From the human T2T-CHM13v2.0 reference genome, Homo sapiens: a DNA stretch of 64,000 bases. Positions 45,886-60,182 of this stretch are shown here, in pieces; within the stretch, counting starts at the first letter, position 1, and each line of letters begins with the position of its first letter. Location: assembly GCF_009914755.1 (NCBI RefSeq), contig NC_060934.1; one strand, written 5' to 3'. The notes below the pieces were generated by a model. That model was not told where the DNA came from. It saw nothing but the letters and a program-made list of their open reading frames with translations, and searched no databases. The position numbers were made by a program, and so were the translations under genes.

Positions 45886-48800
45886 ACCTTTAGCTTCTTG
45901 ATTAATAGTAATTCCAAACCTGTGGGGTTCTTTGAAGATCTAAGAAATTTGATGTAAGAGAGATATCTGACTCAAAATGTGAGAGTGAATAATATTCCTC
46001 CACAGTATTGTCCATAGTGTCATATACTTATGTCCAGATTAGCCACAATTCTAGTTTGCTTGTCTTTTTGCCATTTTCTCCTTCAATTTCCAGCAATCCC
46101 AAGTGCTTTCCAATGTCCCAGCTTTGTTTTACTTTCTACTATCTTGTCCAGTTGAAGCCAAGAAACCAGAAAAGTGTTCTGTGAAGCTTAACGATGCATA
46201 ACTGTCATGAGAGGCATCGCTAAGAATTCTTATAATATCATTTTGTGTAACCCTCTTTAATTAAAGATATATTCACCTGGGAATAATCTCTGAAATTATT
46301 ATGTATTATTGGCCAAGGCTTCTTATTCTATAAGAAAATAATAATAAAAAGTAGATAATTATTTATACATTTCCTACATTTTGAAAAACAGATTTAATTT
46401 TAACTCGCTATCCATCACTTCTAGCCAGTGCTTTCATGTGAACAATTTCTGAATAGGTTTCTGTATAACATTATTTTGCCAAACTTATCCATATCTAACA
46501 AACAATGTTCTAAATCACTGATTTTATCACTTACTGGAATAACTACAGTGTCACTTTTTCAGTACAGCTTTTTAAATCCTAAATGCTTTTTATATGGCTT
46601 TAGTTATGGTACCATATAATTCAGCATTGCCTAAACTTGGAATTGATAGAGAATGAACTAAAAATTCAAAAAGAGTTTTATAGGTTTTTTAAATATCAAT
46701 TGGAAATTTTGTGTGACCTTTTAGCGACAACAGTTATGCTCATATTAATCTCATCCAGCATAAGGTACATGTAATTAAGAGACAATTTCAAAAGAAAATA
46801 AAGATTTAAGCCTCCTTAAGGGTACGCTGATTTCACCATCCTTTACTTTCATAAAAAAGTGACTTTTTGGATCCGTTTCATTAATAGTAAAAAAATCCAC
46901 TCCTCAGAGCATGTCCTTTTTTTGAGTTCCCAGTCCTCTGGGTGAAGATGAAGATGAAGAAAGAGAAGAAAAAGAATATACCCTGTCACTATACCTAATA
47001 ACGATAACACTACAATTATAAGCACTATGGGCTGAAACCAAAGTTTTTTTTCCAGAAATTATTTCATTTAACGCTCACAAGAGCTTCTTGAGGGAAGTAA
47101 TTACATCCCCATTTTAGAGATTAGAAAAATGATTTTTGGAAAGGAAAAGTAATTTCCCCCTAATCAATCAGTCTGTACATTAAAGACCTGAAATTTCAAT
47201 CTAAGGTTATCTGACTCTTCACTAATTCTTTTCATTGCTTCATGAAAATGATTTACTGTATATGAAACTGTTATTGGATTCAAGTCTGGTTACTTTATTA
47301 TGATGACATAAATCAACATTTGCTACCAGATATCTACCTTTGATATCTGGATTTTCCTTAGGACTACATTGTGTATATTTGGAAGTATATTTTGTATACC
47401 ACAACTGAACAACATAATCTATTGAATAGTCCCTGTCTGCATGCTGACATAAAAGTATTCTGCATTTATTGCTACAGTCAAAGAGTTGCTCAGTTATTTT
47501 TCTGGCCTTCCATTGAATTTATGCCCACTCTGTGTTCACTTATATCTTAAAAGAAATAGGAAAATCTCAATATGTTTGACAGTTTTGTGGCATGTACTGC
47601 AGAAGGGTTCTTAACAGCTTGTCAATAGAATTCAGTATTAATTGATAATCAATAGAAAATAAGAAGGAAGTTAACTTCCTTCTTATATTCATGGGCATTT
47701 ATGAATATCACTATGATGCATAATATAATAGCCTTCTGATTTACTCTATGTATTTAAAATCCAAGGTTTTATTTTTCTTTGACTACTTCAAATTCTCAGA
47801 TGCTTTCTCCACAATATTACTATGTACTACTCTAAAAATATGCATGACAATCACTCAACCTTATTATAACAAATTTTATTTTACATGCTCTTTCAAGATG
47901 ATCATTCTTTTTGAAATCTTATTTGCCTCCTGGAAACTGTGACAATATCATTTGATGGATATGGAACACTGTTAAGAGTTCTTCATAGAGAATAAGCTGT
48001 TCTTCCATGTAGGGAAATCATTAAGAGTAGATGTTATTTGGAGGTATAAGATTGGGGCTTATACGTCTGTCAAATGGTATGGCCATCACACATCATCCAG
48101 CAGCCTTTGCTTTTTATGATGTTCCTTATTTCTCCTGCTATTCATCAGGGAAAGGCCATTTTCCTTGTCAGTTTTCCCCTAAGACTGTTATATCAGAAAA
48201 GGGGAATTTAGTTGCTTCCATATTTACTTTCTCCTAAGAGCCACTTAGAAAATTGGGAATATATTTTCTATTGGCTTACCTGCTTTATCATATTTAGAAA
48301 AATAGTAAAACGAAGGAATTAATATATTCTCTATCTCTCTTACTCCGTTTCACTAGCTAGATCTTAGCAGTATAGAATTTTCTACAAGTCTTTGTAGAGA
48401 ATATTTAAAATAAAGCATAATACACTCAGTATCTGAAGCTAAACTTACCCATTATGACTATCATTCTTTGCCTTTCCACAGGAACAAATAGTTGTAAATA
48501 TACCTACTTTCTGCTTCTTACGTCTTGGAGTAAGAAAATCACAAAAAACATTTAAAGAAATCTCTTAGTCATATTTCCCTGAAATTAAATGTAAAGAGTC
48601 TGTACTCCACTAATGAATGACAAGAAGCGGGTTGAATGGCATAAAATTAAATTCTCAGTGTTCCTCTCTATAACTGTGTAAACAATGTGATCTGCTGTTT
48701 TTTTGGAGTAGGTTCATCATTTTTACCTGAAAGTTTTAGGTTATGTTATTTTTCCCACTAGAAAATATGGGTTTAATAATAAAAATGTACACCTAAGAAG

Positions 48801-49219
48801 AAGTCTTTTAAAAAAATAATCTTATATTGTTATAAAATTGCTTGGGACTAATCCAAACCTGTTTCATTTAAACCTAGCAAAAAGAATCAAAATACAAATA
48901 TCAAATTTAAACTAAGTTTAGTCTACAGCTAAGCAAAGAGAATCCAAATAAAAATATTAAATTACAGGAGCCTCTGGCTTACATACAAAAGACCAAATTA
49001 TAATAGAGAAGATAAATGAGGAACTTGATATCTACCTTTGAATTTATTACACATTTTCTTCATTAAAATGTATAAATGGCATCTACATATATTCAGTTGA
49101 ATATTTACAAAATCTATAGAGTTTAAGGAATAAAACAGACATAATTAAATCAGTAGACTAAATCATATATATCTAGTGTAATTTTCGTTTTTTAACCTTA
49201 ATATTTTCTTTTCTGGTAG

Positions 49220-49298
49220 TCGAACAAAAATCTGGATATATCAATTAATGCATCAAACAACTTTAATCTCAACATTACGTGGTCTGTCGGTTCAACAG
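49220..49298 (+). CDS. ATRNL1: ATRNL1 internal coding exon (probably exon 23), 79 nt
   Basis: Acceptor ttttcttttctggtag|TCG and donor ACAG|gtaaaa. Reads SNKNLDISINASNNFNLNITWSVGST plus G, phase 0 in and phase 1 out. Contains N-glycosylation sequons NAS and NIT. Confidence 0.95.
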
Positions 49299-50814
49299 GT
49301 AAAAAAATGTTGATGTCATATCTCTTTTACATGTGTTCCTATCTGGAAGTTGTTCTAACATGATCTACTGTTAATTAAATGTTTGAAATTTTAAAAATGT
49401 TATATGACAGGATTATTTTGCTGTTACTGGTAAAAATAATAAGTAGAAAAATGAATAGAGCTTCATTATTTTGTTAACTTTCTCCTTTATTCAATTAAAA
49501 TTAGATTGGTAACAAATATTATACACTAAATTAAATTTTTAAGTGGCAGTGTTATAAAATGTGATTTTAATTAAGATAAATTGCTTCTTTAATGACTAAA
49601 GAGACTGAAATTTCAATTATTTGATTCACTATTAAAACTATAAATTTAATTATTAACCTTAATATTTATATAAAACAATGAAATTCTTCTGTACATGCTG
49701 ATTACAGTAAACATCTATTATTGTCAAGCTTAGAAAATATAACCCCTCTTGTCAGCTTCAGTGCTCAGAGGAGTTAAAAAACTGATACATAATATGTCTT
49801 TCATAATAAGGTTAATAAATTTAAATTACTGACTTAAAAAGTATATCTGAGAAGCTGTTCAGATTTTTATGTTGAATTATGAAATGTATTCTTACTTTAA
49901 TTTTAGTTTTACTTTTATTCTAAAAATTTTATTGGTATCTATTTTCTGTATCAAAGGTATACTGTTGCATAAATGTGCTGGAAATTGTTTCTTTTTTATA
50001 GAAAATTTATGGATTCTTAGAAATTTATATTTGATTTCTGAAAATTAAATCATTATGCTATTTTAATATGTAGAATATTATGGATACATAGAATTCAAGA
50101 ATTAAGAGCTCTTTTGCAATTCCCAAATTTATATATTACATTCAAAAAATGAAAATTCAGGCAAATAGGCATTTTGTTACTATTAGTGCCAAACATACAG
50201 TAAAATGTTGGCACTATGGGTTTCATTAAGGAAAAATTCGTAATAACTTGTACTGTTAATTTGATAGTTATTTCTGACCAGTAAGAAAACTGTAAGGGTT
50301 TAAAAATGTGTCTACAAAAATGTCTATAATACATTTCTAATCACTTTAGAACAATAATTTTAGTATGCAAGACATCACGTGTTCTTTCAGATTCCCAGAC
50401 CAAATCTCAGAAATTTTTATTTATCAGATTTGGAGATGAAGTCATGGAATCTGCATTTAATAAATGTACACAAGGTGATTATGGAATAAGTGGTTAGTTA
50501 AAAATTCAATTACGCAGTATACTAATTCTAATTATTTTTACTATTGATTAAGGTGAAAGTATTGCTAAGATTGTTGGAAATGCTTTGTTCTATTTTATTA
50601 ACTTCAGTAAATATTTATTCAGCACTCTATGTGTTTAACCAATTGAGCATTTAGCTCATGTTTTAAATTGTGGCCTCCACCCAATTTATTTAAAGCAGTG
50701 ATGGTTCAATTTGTGGTAAGACAAATAAATTGATTTTTTCCCATTTTTTAATTGGATTGAGACACACGAAAATATGGTCTGATTTCTTTTTAAATGCTCT
50801 GTGGCATTGTAAAC

Positions 50815-51020
50815 AGAATGAGCTCAGTTTCTAGAGCCACATATACCTGAGTTCCAACTGCTTAGTAGCTATAAACTTGGGGCAAATGCTTTAATCTTTC
50901 TGAGGCTTAGGTTGAAATCTGAAAAATGGAGGTGATAATACTTCTGGGATATTATTGGTTTTAAAAAAGAATATAAAGTCTCTAAGCTAGTGCCTAGTAC
51001 ATAGCACTTAATCAGTGGTA
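50815..51020 (+). mobile_element. MIR
   Basis: cttagtagctataaacttggggcaaatgctttaatctttctgag...tctgaaaaatggaggtgataata. Confidence 0.65.
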
Positions 51021-51217
51021 GCATTTTTAAAAATAATTTTTATACTAAATTTATTTCCATTATATTTATGGCAAACTTATTTTCCTTCATTCAAAATTAT
51101 AAACAGTATATTTTGATAATTATTTTTATAAGAGCAATTATAAAAAACTATAATATGCATTTTTAAATTCATAAAGATATTTCCTAATATTAATTATTTA
51201 AATTATTTACATTTTAG

Positions 51218-51375
51218 CTGGAACAATATCTGGGGAAGAGACTTCTATAGTTTCCAAGAATAATATAAAGGAATACAGAGATAGTTTTTCCTATGAAAAA
51301 TTTAACTTTAGAAGCAATCCTAACATTACATTCTATGTGTACGTCAGCAACTTTTCCTGGCCTATTAAAATACAG
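51218..51375 (+). CDS. ATRNL1: ATRNL1 internal coding exon (probably exon 24), 158 nt; last ectodomain exon before the transmembrane-segment exon, which lies beyond the window
   Basis: Acceptor tttacattttag|CT and donor CAG|gtaagt. Reads (A)GTISGEETSIVSKNNIKEYRDSFSYEKFNFRSNPNITFYVYVSNFSWPIKIQ. The WPIKIQ ending is characteristic of attractin-family proteins. Confidence 0.96.
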
Positions 51376-53044
51376 GTAAGTGTTAAGAGTATTTACTTCT
51401 AATGACCATAATATCATTAAGAAAAGAATGGTGCTTTTGTCCAAAGTGATGATATATGTACATTTCCTGACTTGACTAATACAAAAACATGCATTGACCT
51501 TTGATAAATAAAGGTCTGCGAATGTCTGTGATGATGAATTTCTCTGTAAAAACCCTCATGGAACCAACAAACTCTATACTTAAATTTTTCAGTGATTATT
51601 ATGTACTAAGCAATGTAGCCAACTGAAATGTTTTGGTTTTCTGATTAATTATATACTTTAACTGAGGGTTAAATAAATACTGTTCTCATATAACCCCACT
51701 TGAAATTATTTTCCGTTTGAGTAGTCTTATTTTTACTTTAGCACATTCTGAAAATAATCTGATCTTTCATTAAAGATTTTGAGTTAGCAGTATTTCAGTT
51801 ACCTCTTTAAGTAATTACCTCTCATCATTAATTTCCTAATCTGTACTACATGTGTGTTTTACATTTCATTTTTGTTATAGTTAGAGGTAGTCTACTTAAG
51901 ACGTCAGATTTACTTCTAGGAAAGAATTGGAATATTCTTTCTATCTTATAGTCAAGGTTTGTGTTCTTAATTTATGTTTTCCTGAAAGAAAAGCCTATCT
52001 ATTGGGATGCTGGGATTTGTTCATTCCTTTACAACTGATTGATTAGATTGAATTTACATTAGTTATTCGAATAGCTTATATATATCAATCCTTGTTCATG
52101 GCTTTTATGTTTTAAAATCTTTTAAAGATTTTCAGATCATCCCTTCCCTATATATTAGTAAATTATAGCATATGCTCTGTAACTAGAAATGTTTGCAGGT
52201 TTTATTTATATTAATTTCTATGTGATTTGTGGAAAGAATGAGTGATTTTTAAAATCATATGTTTACTGGAAAAAATTTTTCTTCTTATTTTTAAGGTTGA
52301 TGTAACACTTAAATTATGGAAATTATTCAACTGTTCAGGAAATATGAGGATAAATTACTATTCAGTTCACTTTTGAGAATTAATTTGAGAAATTTACTTC
52401 TTCATTGTATAGTGATTGATTTAGATGCTGGTACTGTCAGAAAAATGCCATAAATATTTGTTTTTAAAATTTTAACATTAAGGATGTGTAACTTTATTTC
52501 CTAAGATTCATAGAGAAATATTTATCAAATTTCACTTCATTTATTCAATTATGATTGAAAGGGAAAAGGGTTCATCTATAGCACTTAGTAATTAGTTATT
52601 AAAATTGATATGATTATATTTTAAATTGCTTCCTATCCTTATTTCTTGTTTATATACTTTTGAAAAAAAATTACATAGTTATTTTAGAATGTTTTTGAAT
52701 ACTTAATGGTTAGGAATTAACTTTCTAAATTGGGTTTTTTTGAGAACTTACTCTTTTGGAAGCAAAATCAAAATTTGTGTAACGAGGTTGAAATACTCCA
52801 CTCTCAAAATAATACAGTGTGGAAAATAATTGAGATGGACAAGATACGTAGGCCTAATTTCTCCTCTTTATTAAACTCATTATGCCTATGGAATATGTTA
52901 TATTAAAGCATGGAAGTATTAATATATGTGTTTATTTATAAGACTAGAATAAACTTTAAATTATAATATTATACAAAACACAGTAAAATTATTTTAATTA
53001 TGATTTTAAATACTGGCAGCCATCATTGTATTCCCTTTCAATAA

Positions 53045-56000
53045 GTTCATAAGTTTTTTAGATTCCACCTATAAGTGATATCATGCAATATTTGTCTTTT
53101 TGTGACTGACTTGTTTATTTAGCATCATGTCCTTCAGTTTCTTCTATGTTGTCACAAATAGCAAGATTTCCTGCTTTTTAAAGGCTTAATAATATTCCAT
53201 TGTTATGTGTGTGTATGTACGTATATAAATATATACATATTATGAATATGAAACATATAGATATAAATCACGATTTCTTTATGCTTTCATCTATCCATGG
53301 ACACAGCTTGCTTCTGTATCTTGGCTATTGGAAATAACGTTGTAAAGAATGTGAGAGTGCAGCTGTATCTCTGAGATACTGATTTCACTTGCTTTGAATA
53401 TATCCCCAGTGGTGGGATTGCTGGATCATTGGTAGTTTTATTTTTAATTTTTGGGGGAATCTTCATACGGCTTTACATGATGGCTATACCAGTTTACATT
53501 CCACCAATTGTGTGTAAGAATTTCCCTTGCTCCACATCCATTCTAACACTTGTTATCTTTTGTATTTTTGATAATGGCCATCATAACAGCTATGAGGTGA
53601 TATCTTATTGTGGTTTTGATTTGCATTTATTTGATGATTAGCAATGCTGAGCACCATTTCATATACCTATTGGTCATTTGTGTGTCTTCTGTGGAGAAAT
53701 GTATAATCAGGTCCTTTGCCCATTGTTTCCATTGAGTTTTTGTTTTCTTGCTATTGCGTTTCATGAGTTCCTTACATATTTTGGATATTAACTTCTTATT
53801 GAATAGATCATTTGCAAATTTATTTTCTATTCTGTAGGTTGCCTTTTCAGTTTGTTGATTGTTTCCTTTGCTGTGCCAGGAAGCTTTTTTTAGTTTGATG
53901 CAGTCCCACTTGTTTATTTTTGCTTTTGTTGCCTGAACTTTTGGTATTATATCCAAAAAAATCATTGATAAAGCCAATGTCAAGGAGCTTAGTCCCTTTA
54001 TTCTGTTTAGGATTTTTATAATTACAGGTCTTATATTTACATCTTTAATCCATTTTGAGTTGATTTTTGTGTATGGTATAAAGTAAGAATCCAATTTCAT
54101 CTTCTGCATATTGATATCCCAGTGTTACCAATACCATTTATTGAAGAGACTGTGTTTCCTTTACTATTTATTCCTGGCACTGAGTCAAAGATCAGTTGAC
54201 GCTGTCTATGGGTTTATTTCTAGCCTCTCTATTCTGCTCCATTGGTATTAGTGTATTTTTATGCCAGCAACTTCCTGTTTTGATTACTATAGATTCATAA
54301 TATAGTTTGAAATCAGTAAGTATGATGCCTCCAGCTTTGTTCTTCTTTTATAAAATTTCTTTGACTATTTGCAGTCTTTTGTGGTTCCTTTTGAATTTAA
54401 AAATTTTTTTTTCTATATCTGTGAAAAATGTAATTGGAATTTTGAAAGCAATTGTATTGACTCTGTAGAACACTTTGGGTAGTGTGGCCATTTAAACAAT
54501 GTTAATTCTTCCAATCAATGAACATAGGATATTTTCCATTTATTATTGATGTTTTGAATTTCTTTCATCAATGCTTTATAATTTTCAGTGTACAGGCCTT
54601 TCATTTCCTTGGTTAAACTTATTCTTAAGTATTTTATTCTTTTTGATGCTCCAGTAAATATGATTTGTTTACTTAACTTCTGATTTGGAGAGTTCATTGT
54701 TAATGTATAGAATTCAACTGATTTTTGTATGTTGGTTTTGTATCCTGCAACTTGACTGAGTTTTTTATTCTTTTTAACAGTTTATTGGTGGACTGTCTAG
54801 GGTTTCTTGTGTATGAGAACATGTCATCTGCAAACAGAGACAGGTTTTCTTCTTCTTTTCCAATTTGGATGCCTTTTACTTTTCCTTGTCTAATTGCTTT
54901 TTCTAGGACTACCAGTCCTATGTTGAATAGAAGTAGTGAAACTGGGCATTTTTGTTTCTTTGCTAAAATTAGAGGAAAAACCTTCTGCATCTTGCCATTG
55001 TGTAGGATGTTAGCTATTGGCTTGTTGTATGTGTTCTTTATTGTGTTGAGGTACATTCCGCTTAAACCTAATTTGTTGGAAGTTTTTATCATGAAACAGT
55101 GTTAATAAACTTTGTCAAATGCTTTTTCAGCATCTATTGAGATGATCATATAATTTTTGTCCTTCATTCTGTTAATGTGGTATATCACATTTTGATTCAT
55201 GTATGTTGAACCATCCATGCATTCCTGGGATAAATCCCACTTGATCATGTTTTATGATACTTATAATGTGCTGTTGAATCAAATGTGGTTGGCTAGCATT
55301 TTGTTGAGGATATTTGCATTTACATTTATCAAGGATGTTGGCCTGTAATTTTTCTTTTTTTTCCTTATGTTCCCTATGGTAAGCTGTGGTACAATAGTAT
55401 TCATTTTTATTTATTTGTTTTCCCTCTTACTGTTGCTATTATATTTATTTTTTAAAGAACAGAATACAGCATTATTAACTATAGTCACCATGTTGTACAA
55501 TAGAAATTTTCAACTTAGTCCATCTATTTAACTAAAATTTTGTGTCCTTTTACCAATGTCTCTGAAATGCCATTGATTTTCTTTTCTTGTAGTCTCCTTG
55601 CCTGACTTGGGTGTCAGGGAAATGCTTGCCTTACAGCATAAGTTCGGAAGTGTTCACTCTACTTCATCTTTTTGGAAGAGTTTGAGATGGCTTGGTGTTA
55701 ATGCTTTAAATGTTTGTTAGAATTCACCAGTGAAGTCATCGATTCCTGAGCTTTTCTTTGTTGGAAAGCTTTTTATAATTGATTCAATCACCTTAGTTAT
55801 TTTTGATGTGACCAAGTTTTCTATTTTCACATGATTCAGTCTTGGAAAGATGTATTTTTCTAGGAATTTATTCATTCTTTTCTAAGTTATTTAATTTGTT
55901 GGCATACAATTCCCCACAGTCATTTCTTATGACCTTTTGGTATCTATGATGTCAGTTGTAATGTCTCCTTATACATTTATAATTTGTTTAAGTCATGTCT

Positions 56001-56565
56001 CTTTTTTCTTGGTTAGTCCTGTGCAAGGTTTGTCAATTTTTAAAATTGTTTTAAAAACCAACTGTTTATCTTTTCTATTGTTTTTCTATTCTGTATTTCA
56101 TTTATTTCCACCATGATCTTTATTATTTCCTTCCATCTGCTAACTTTGGGCTTCACAGTTTAACAATTCTATTGCCATTTATTGTAAGGTAGACCTAGTA
56201 GTCATGAAGTTCTTCAGCTTTTGTTTGTCAGCTTTTATGTCTCCTTCATTTCTGAAGGGCAACATTGCCAGGTAAGGTATTCTTGGTTGGTAGTACTTTT
56301 CTTTTAGCACTTTAAATATATCATCTCACTCCTCACCTGTGAGGTTTCTGCTGAGAAATCTGTTGATATCCTTAGAAGTATTCTCTTATATGTGATGGGT
56401 CACTTTTATCTTCTTCTGCAATTTTCTTTTTGAGTTTTTACGATTGGATTATGATGTGTCCTAGTGAAGTCCTTTTTAGATTGAATCTGTTTGGTGATGT
56501 TCAGCTTCATGGATCTAGACATCTGAATCTCTCATAAGATTTGGGAAGTTTTGAGCCATTATTTT
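53045..56565 (-). mobile_element. Antisense L1MA-type element (3'UTR, ORF2, ORF1-region fragment)
   Basis: Minus-strand ORFs 53627..54109 (KLDSYFIPYTKINSKWIKD) and 54700..55092 (LSLFADDM, RT active-site motif); ORF1-like gtttctgctgagaaatctg at about 56345. Confidence 0.9.
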
Positions 56566-56884
56566 CAAGTTAATAGATGCCTCGAGTTTAGGGACTGTTG
56601 TGGGTGAAATAGAGCAGGGATGGAAGGGAGATATAGAGGTTTTTAAAGAGTATCACCAGGGATCTTGGTGGTGTTAGGACTCTTCACTGTCTTGAGTCTG
56701 GTGGTGGATGAATACATTTTTAAAGCATCCACTAAGTAAAATCAAGTGTTATATAAACACAAAGTAATTATGGATAGTTTTCAGCAAATTTTGACAAACA
56801 ATGAAATTTAAATTTGGTGATACAAACAAGAATTTCTAAAATAGCCCTTTTTGAATAATTACAAAGTAAACAGTTCTTCAATAC

Positions 56885-57045
56885 CCTGCTATCAAAGTAT
56901 GGACTGACTAACCAAAGGCATTGACATCACCCAGGAGCGTGTCAGAAATGTAGAATTTTAGCCCTGTCGCCACTGAATGAGATCCTGCTTTTTACCCAAA
57001 TCCCCCTAGGTGATAATGTGCACAGATGCTTGCAAGCCATTGTCT
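56885..57045. mobile_element. MER5-type hAT fossil
   Basis: gcattgacatcacccaggagcgtgtcagaaatgtagaatttt...ccccctaggtgat. Confidence 0.6.
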
Positions 57046-58039
57046 AATAGAAAAACAACACCACCAAAATCACTCCATTTCCTTAATTTGGGAATTGTCT
57101 ATAGTATTTTCAGTTATGTCTGTGAAGATATGAAATTGTTTGGAATTTGAGGATTGGCTTAAATTATGGTTCACAGCATAACTCAATGAAATATTTAGTG
57201 TTCTTTTTCCACTTGCATCTAGATTAGTAGAGATATGATGTTTTTAATGTTTTTTTCATTTTAATGAATTTTGGAGATGATTGAAATTAGTTAATATCAT
57301 AGTGAATAATCCTTGTCTTGTTAAACTACTATTTTAATTATGCATGAAATGCTGCTATCATTTATATGCATTATGTAATGTATTTTGATAATTAGGCAGC
57401 TAATATGTAGCAAAACACCTTTATACCTATCAGTTTGTCAGTTATGATGTCAGTAATGATGTTCTAGTTGTTATCAATGGAAGTAATCCAGTGTCAATGG
57501 ATTGCTTCTTAATCGTTATAGTATTTAATTCTCTGTGGCATATCTCACTTATTTCTCCATTTGGAATAACTGTTTCTTCAATTTCTGTTGCATTTGTCTT
57601 TCCCATATTTGTGGTTTCAATCAAGTTATTCATTCCTCTGAGCTTCAATTACCCAATCTATAAAATGAAGATTACTAGTGGTACTTAATTATAGGGTTAT
57701 CATGATGATTATGTGAGATAGTTATGTGAAACAAAACCTTACCTATTGCATTGTAATAATTGTTCTAAATTGTAAATAGATGATCATCATTTTCTTTTTC
57801 TTCATCATCACCGTCAACGTCATTGGTATTTAAGAGAGCTTTTTAATCTTCTTATCATTTACCTCACCTTTTTAAAACCTTTGGTGATTTCCCATAATAT
57901 TTAAGATAAATTTATTCCTTTATCTTTTACTTATCTATATTAGGTTGATTACTTCTACTACAAGTCATACAAAAATTATAACTGCTCATCATAACAAAGA
58001 CAAAATATTTAGTTTAATTCACTCTTGTTTTACATCTTT

Positions 58040-58690
58040 CTATGTTGAGAGTTTAAATCGTTGATTTTAGAACTTTTCTTTTTTCTGATATATACTCTAC
58101 AGCTATAAATTAACCTGTATGCAGTGCTTTGACCACATTTTACACATTTTGGTATGTTGTATTTTCATTTTTATTTAGTCCAAAATATTTCCTGATTTTT
58201 CCTGTGATATTTTCTTTGATGCATAAGTTATTCCAAAATGTTATTTAATTCATTTCAGGGATATTTCAGGTGTCTCCTTTTTATTAATTTCCAATTTAGT
58301 TTTCGCTATGGTCAGAGAAAAACTATGGTTTTAATCCTTTTTAACTTTATTAAGGCTTGTTTTTGGCATATTTTTTATTTTGCAGAAAATTCATGTGCTT
58401 AAAAAGCAAAGTGCCTTCTGCTCTTGTTATTCTTTTAATGTCAGTTGGATATTTATTTGATTCTTATTCAATGTCTGAGATTATTGCTGATTTTCTTTCT
58501 ACTTTTTCTATCAATTACTGAGAATATTTTGGAAATTTCCAGCTATTTTTGGTGTTGTGTTTCTTTTTTTAATATTGTCAGATTTTCTTCTTGTTTTTTG
58601 AAATTGTAGTTTTTGTACATATACATTTACATAAAAGGTCCCTTTACTGACCCTTTTATTTTTATGAAATGTTCTTTTTTGTCTTTATTA
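58040..58690 (-). mobile_element. Old L1 (L1ME-type) ORF2 fragment
   Basis: agctataaatt...ttttggtatgttgtattttcatt...tatggtcagagaa...tctatcaattactgaga. Confidence 0.6.
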
Positions 58691-60182
58691 AATCTGCATG
58701 CCAAACTACTTTCAGCTCTCCAAATATCTATCCTCTGTCATTTATTTCATTTTGCTGCTTATTTTTACATTCTGTATTTTTATCTTGCAAATGACCTTTC
58801 TGGCCTTAACCTTTTTTTTAACTCTTGCTTAGCTTTTGTCTAATTGTGAATATAACCTCCCCTTATACCTAACTACTAGAAATTACTCTTTTCTTACAAC
58901 TGGCATATTCTTTAACTTATCACAGTTTATTTATATTTATTGCTTCACTTATTTATCCATTATTAGCCCTCAAACTCCTTTACAGAGAAACTACATATTT
59001 TTTTGTATTTTTAGTACTTAGCTGAGGTAGCTAAAGGAATAGTTTTTAAATTGAGAGATGAGTAATATATTTCTCTGGAGAAAGGAATGTACAGATAAAA
59101 TATGCTTTCTTATACTCTTAAAAAAGTTTTAACATGCAATATAGATAGTTTATGAGTACAATAAAAGATTTCTCCCTTATATTTACAAAAATCACATGGG
59201 TTTCTTATTTAATAATAACCCAAATTCTTTCTTCTCCCAAAATGAAATTTTATAGTAAGTTGTTTTGTTAATTAAGATTTTGTGTAAGAAACAGAAATCG
59301 TGCATGACTAACAAACAGAAGAAAATGTATTGTTAGCATAAGGTGTTGCTAACAATATGAAAGGGAAGAATAAATCATCAGGTTTTCAATAAGCAGAAAG
59401 CTTTCATTCCAACAGTTTTCAGTCATGTGCATTAGTTGACATTCTTAACTGGGCATGCCTGCTATACTGAATGAAATCTCATGATTTCTCCAACCCATCC
59501 TATAAATATTCACTCAGGATCTAAAAATCTTAAGTGAATGAGTCCAACTGGCAAATTTAGGACACCTGTCTAACTTCCTCCTGACCCATAATGGTGCAAG
59601 AAAAAAAATTGTCCTGGGAAGTAGTTTTTTGGCTTCTCTGCTCGAAGATATGGGACTTGGATTCACAACCCCAATAAGGAAAAAAATATCTGAAGAAATA
59701 ATTCTTTGTTTGGTCAGGAGATATTTGGTGATCAAAAGTCAACAAATACTCGTTATCATGGATAACCTTGATAGAAGCATATTAATATCTAATAAGACTA
59801 TCCTTCTGAAATCAGCATTTCCTTATTCTAGGAAAATAATATGACTATAAAATAATGTAATTGTTATTAAAGAAGGCTTCAGTTATTGTGATTCTTAAAA
59901 ATATTTAATTAATCTGCTGCAAAGTGAATTATATGTAACATTTTCATCAATGCCAATTCTAATGTAGATATTCTTATCTTGCTTCCAGGTTACAATTGCT
60001 TGCTTTCTCATTGTCAGTAAGCAGTAGGTATTAAGAACACGGGTTCTAAGTCAAACTACTACCTCAATTTGAAATTCTTAAATTACAAGTGATAGGATTG
60101 AGAGGAAGGTTTTTTGTTTGTTTTTTAAGTCACAGTCTTTCCATTTCTTCCTCTGTCAAATGGGAGATGATAATATTGCCTA

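Noticed and set aside
51214-51444. Antisense 76-aa ORF overlapping the last exon
   Set aside because: Shadow ORF of the coding exon, with no independent promoter or splice evidence.
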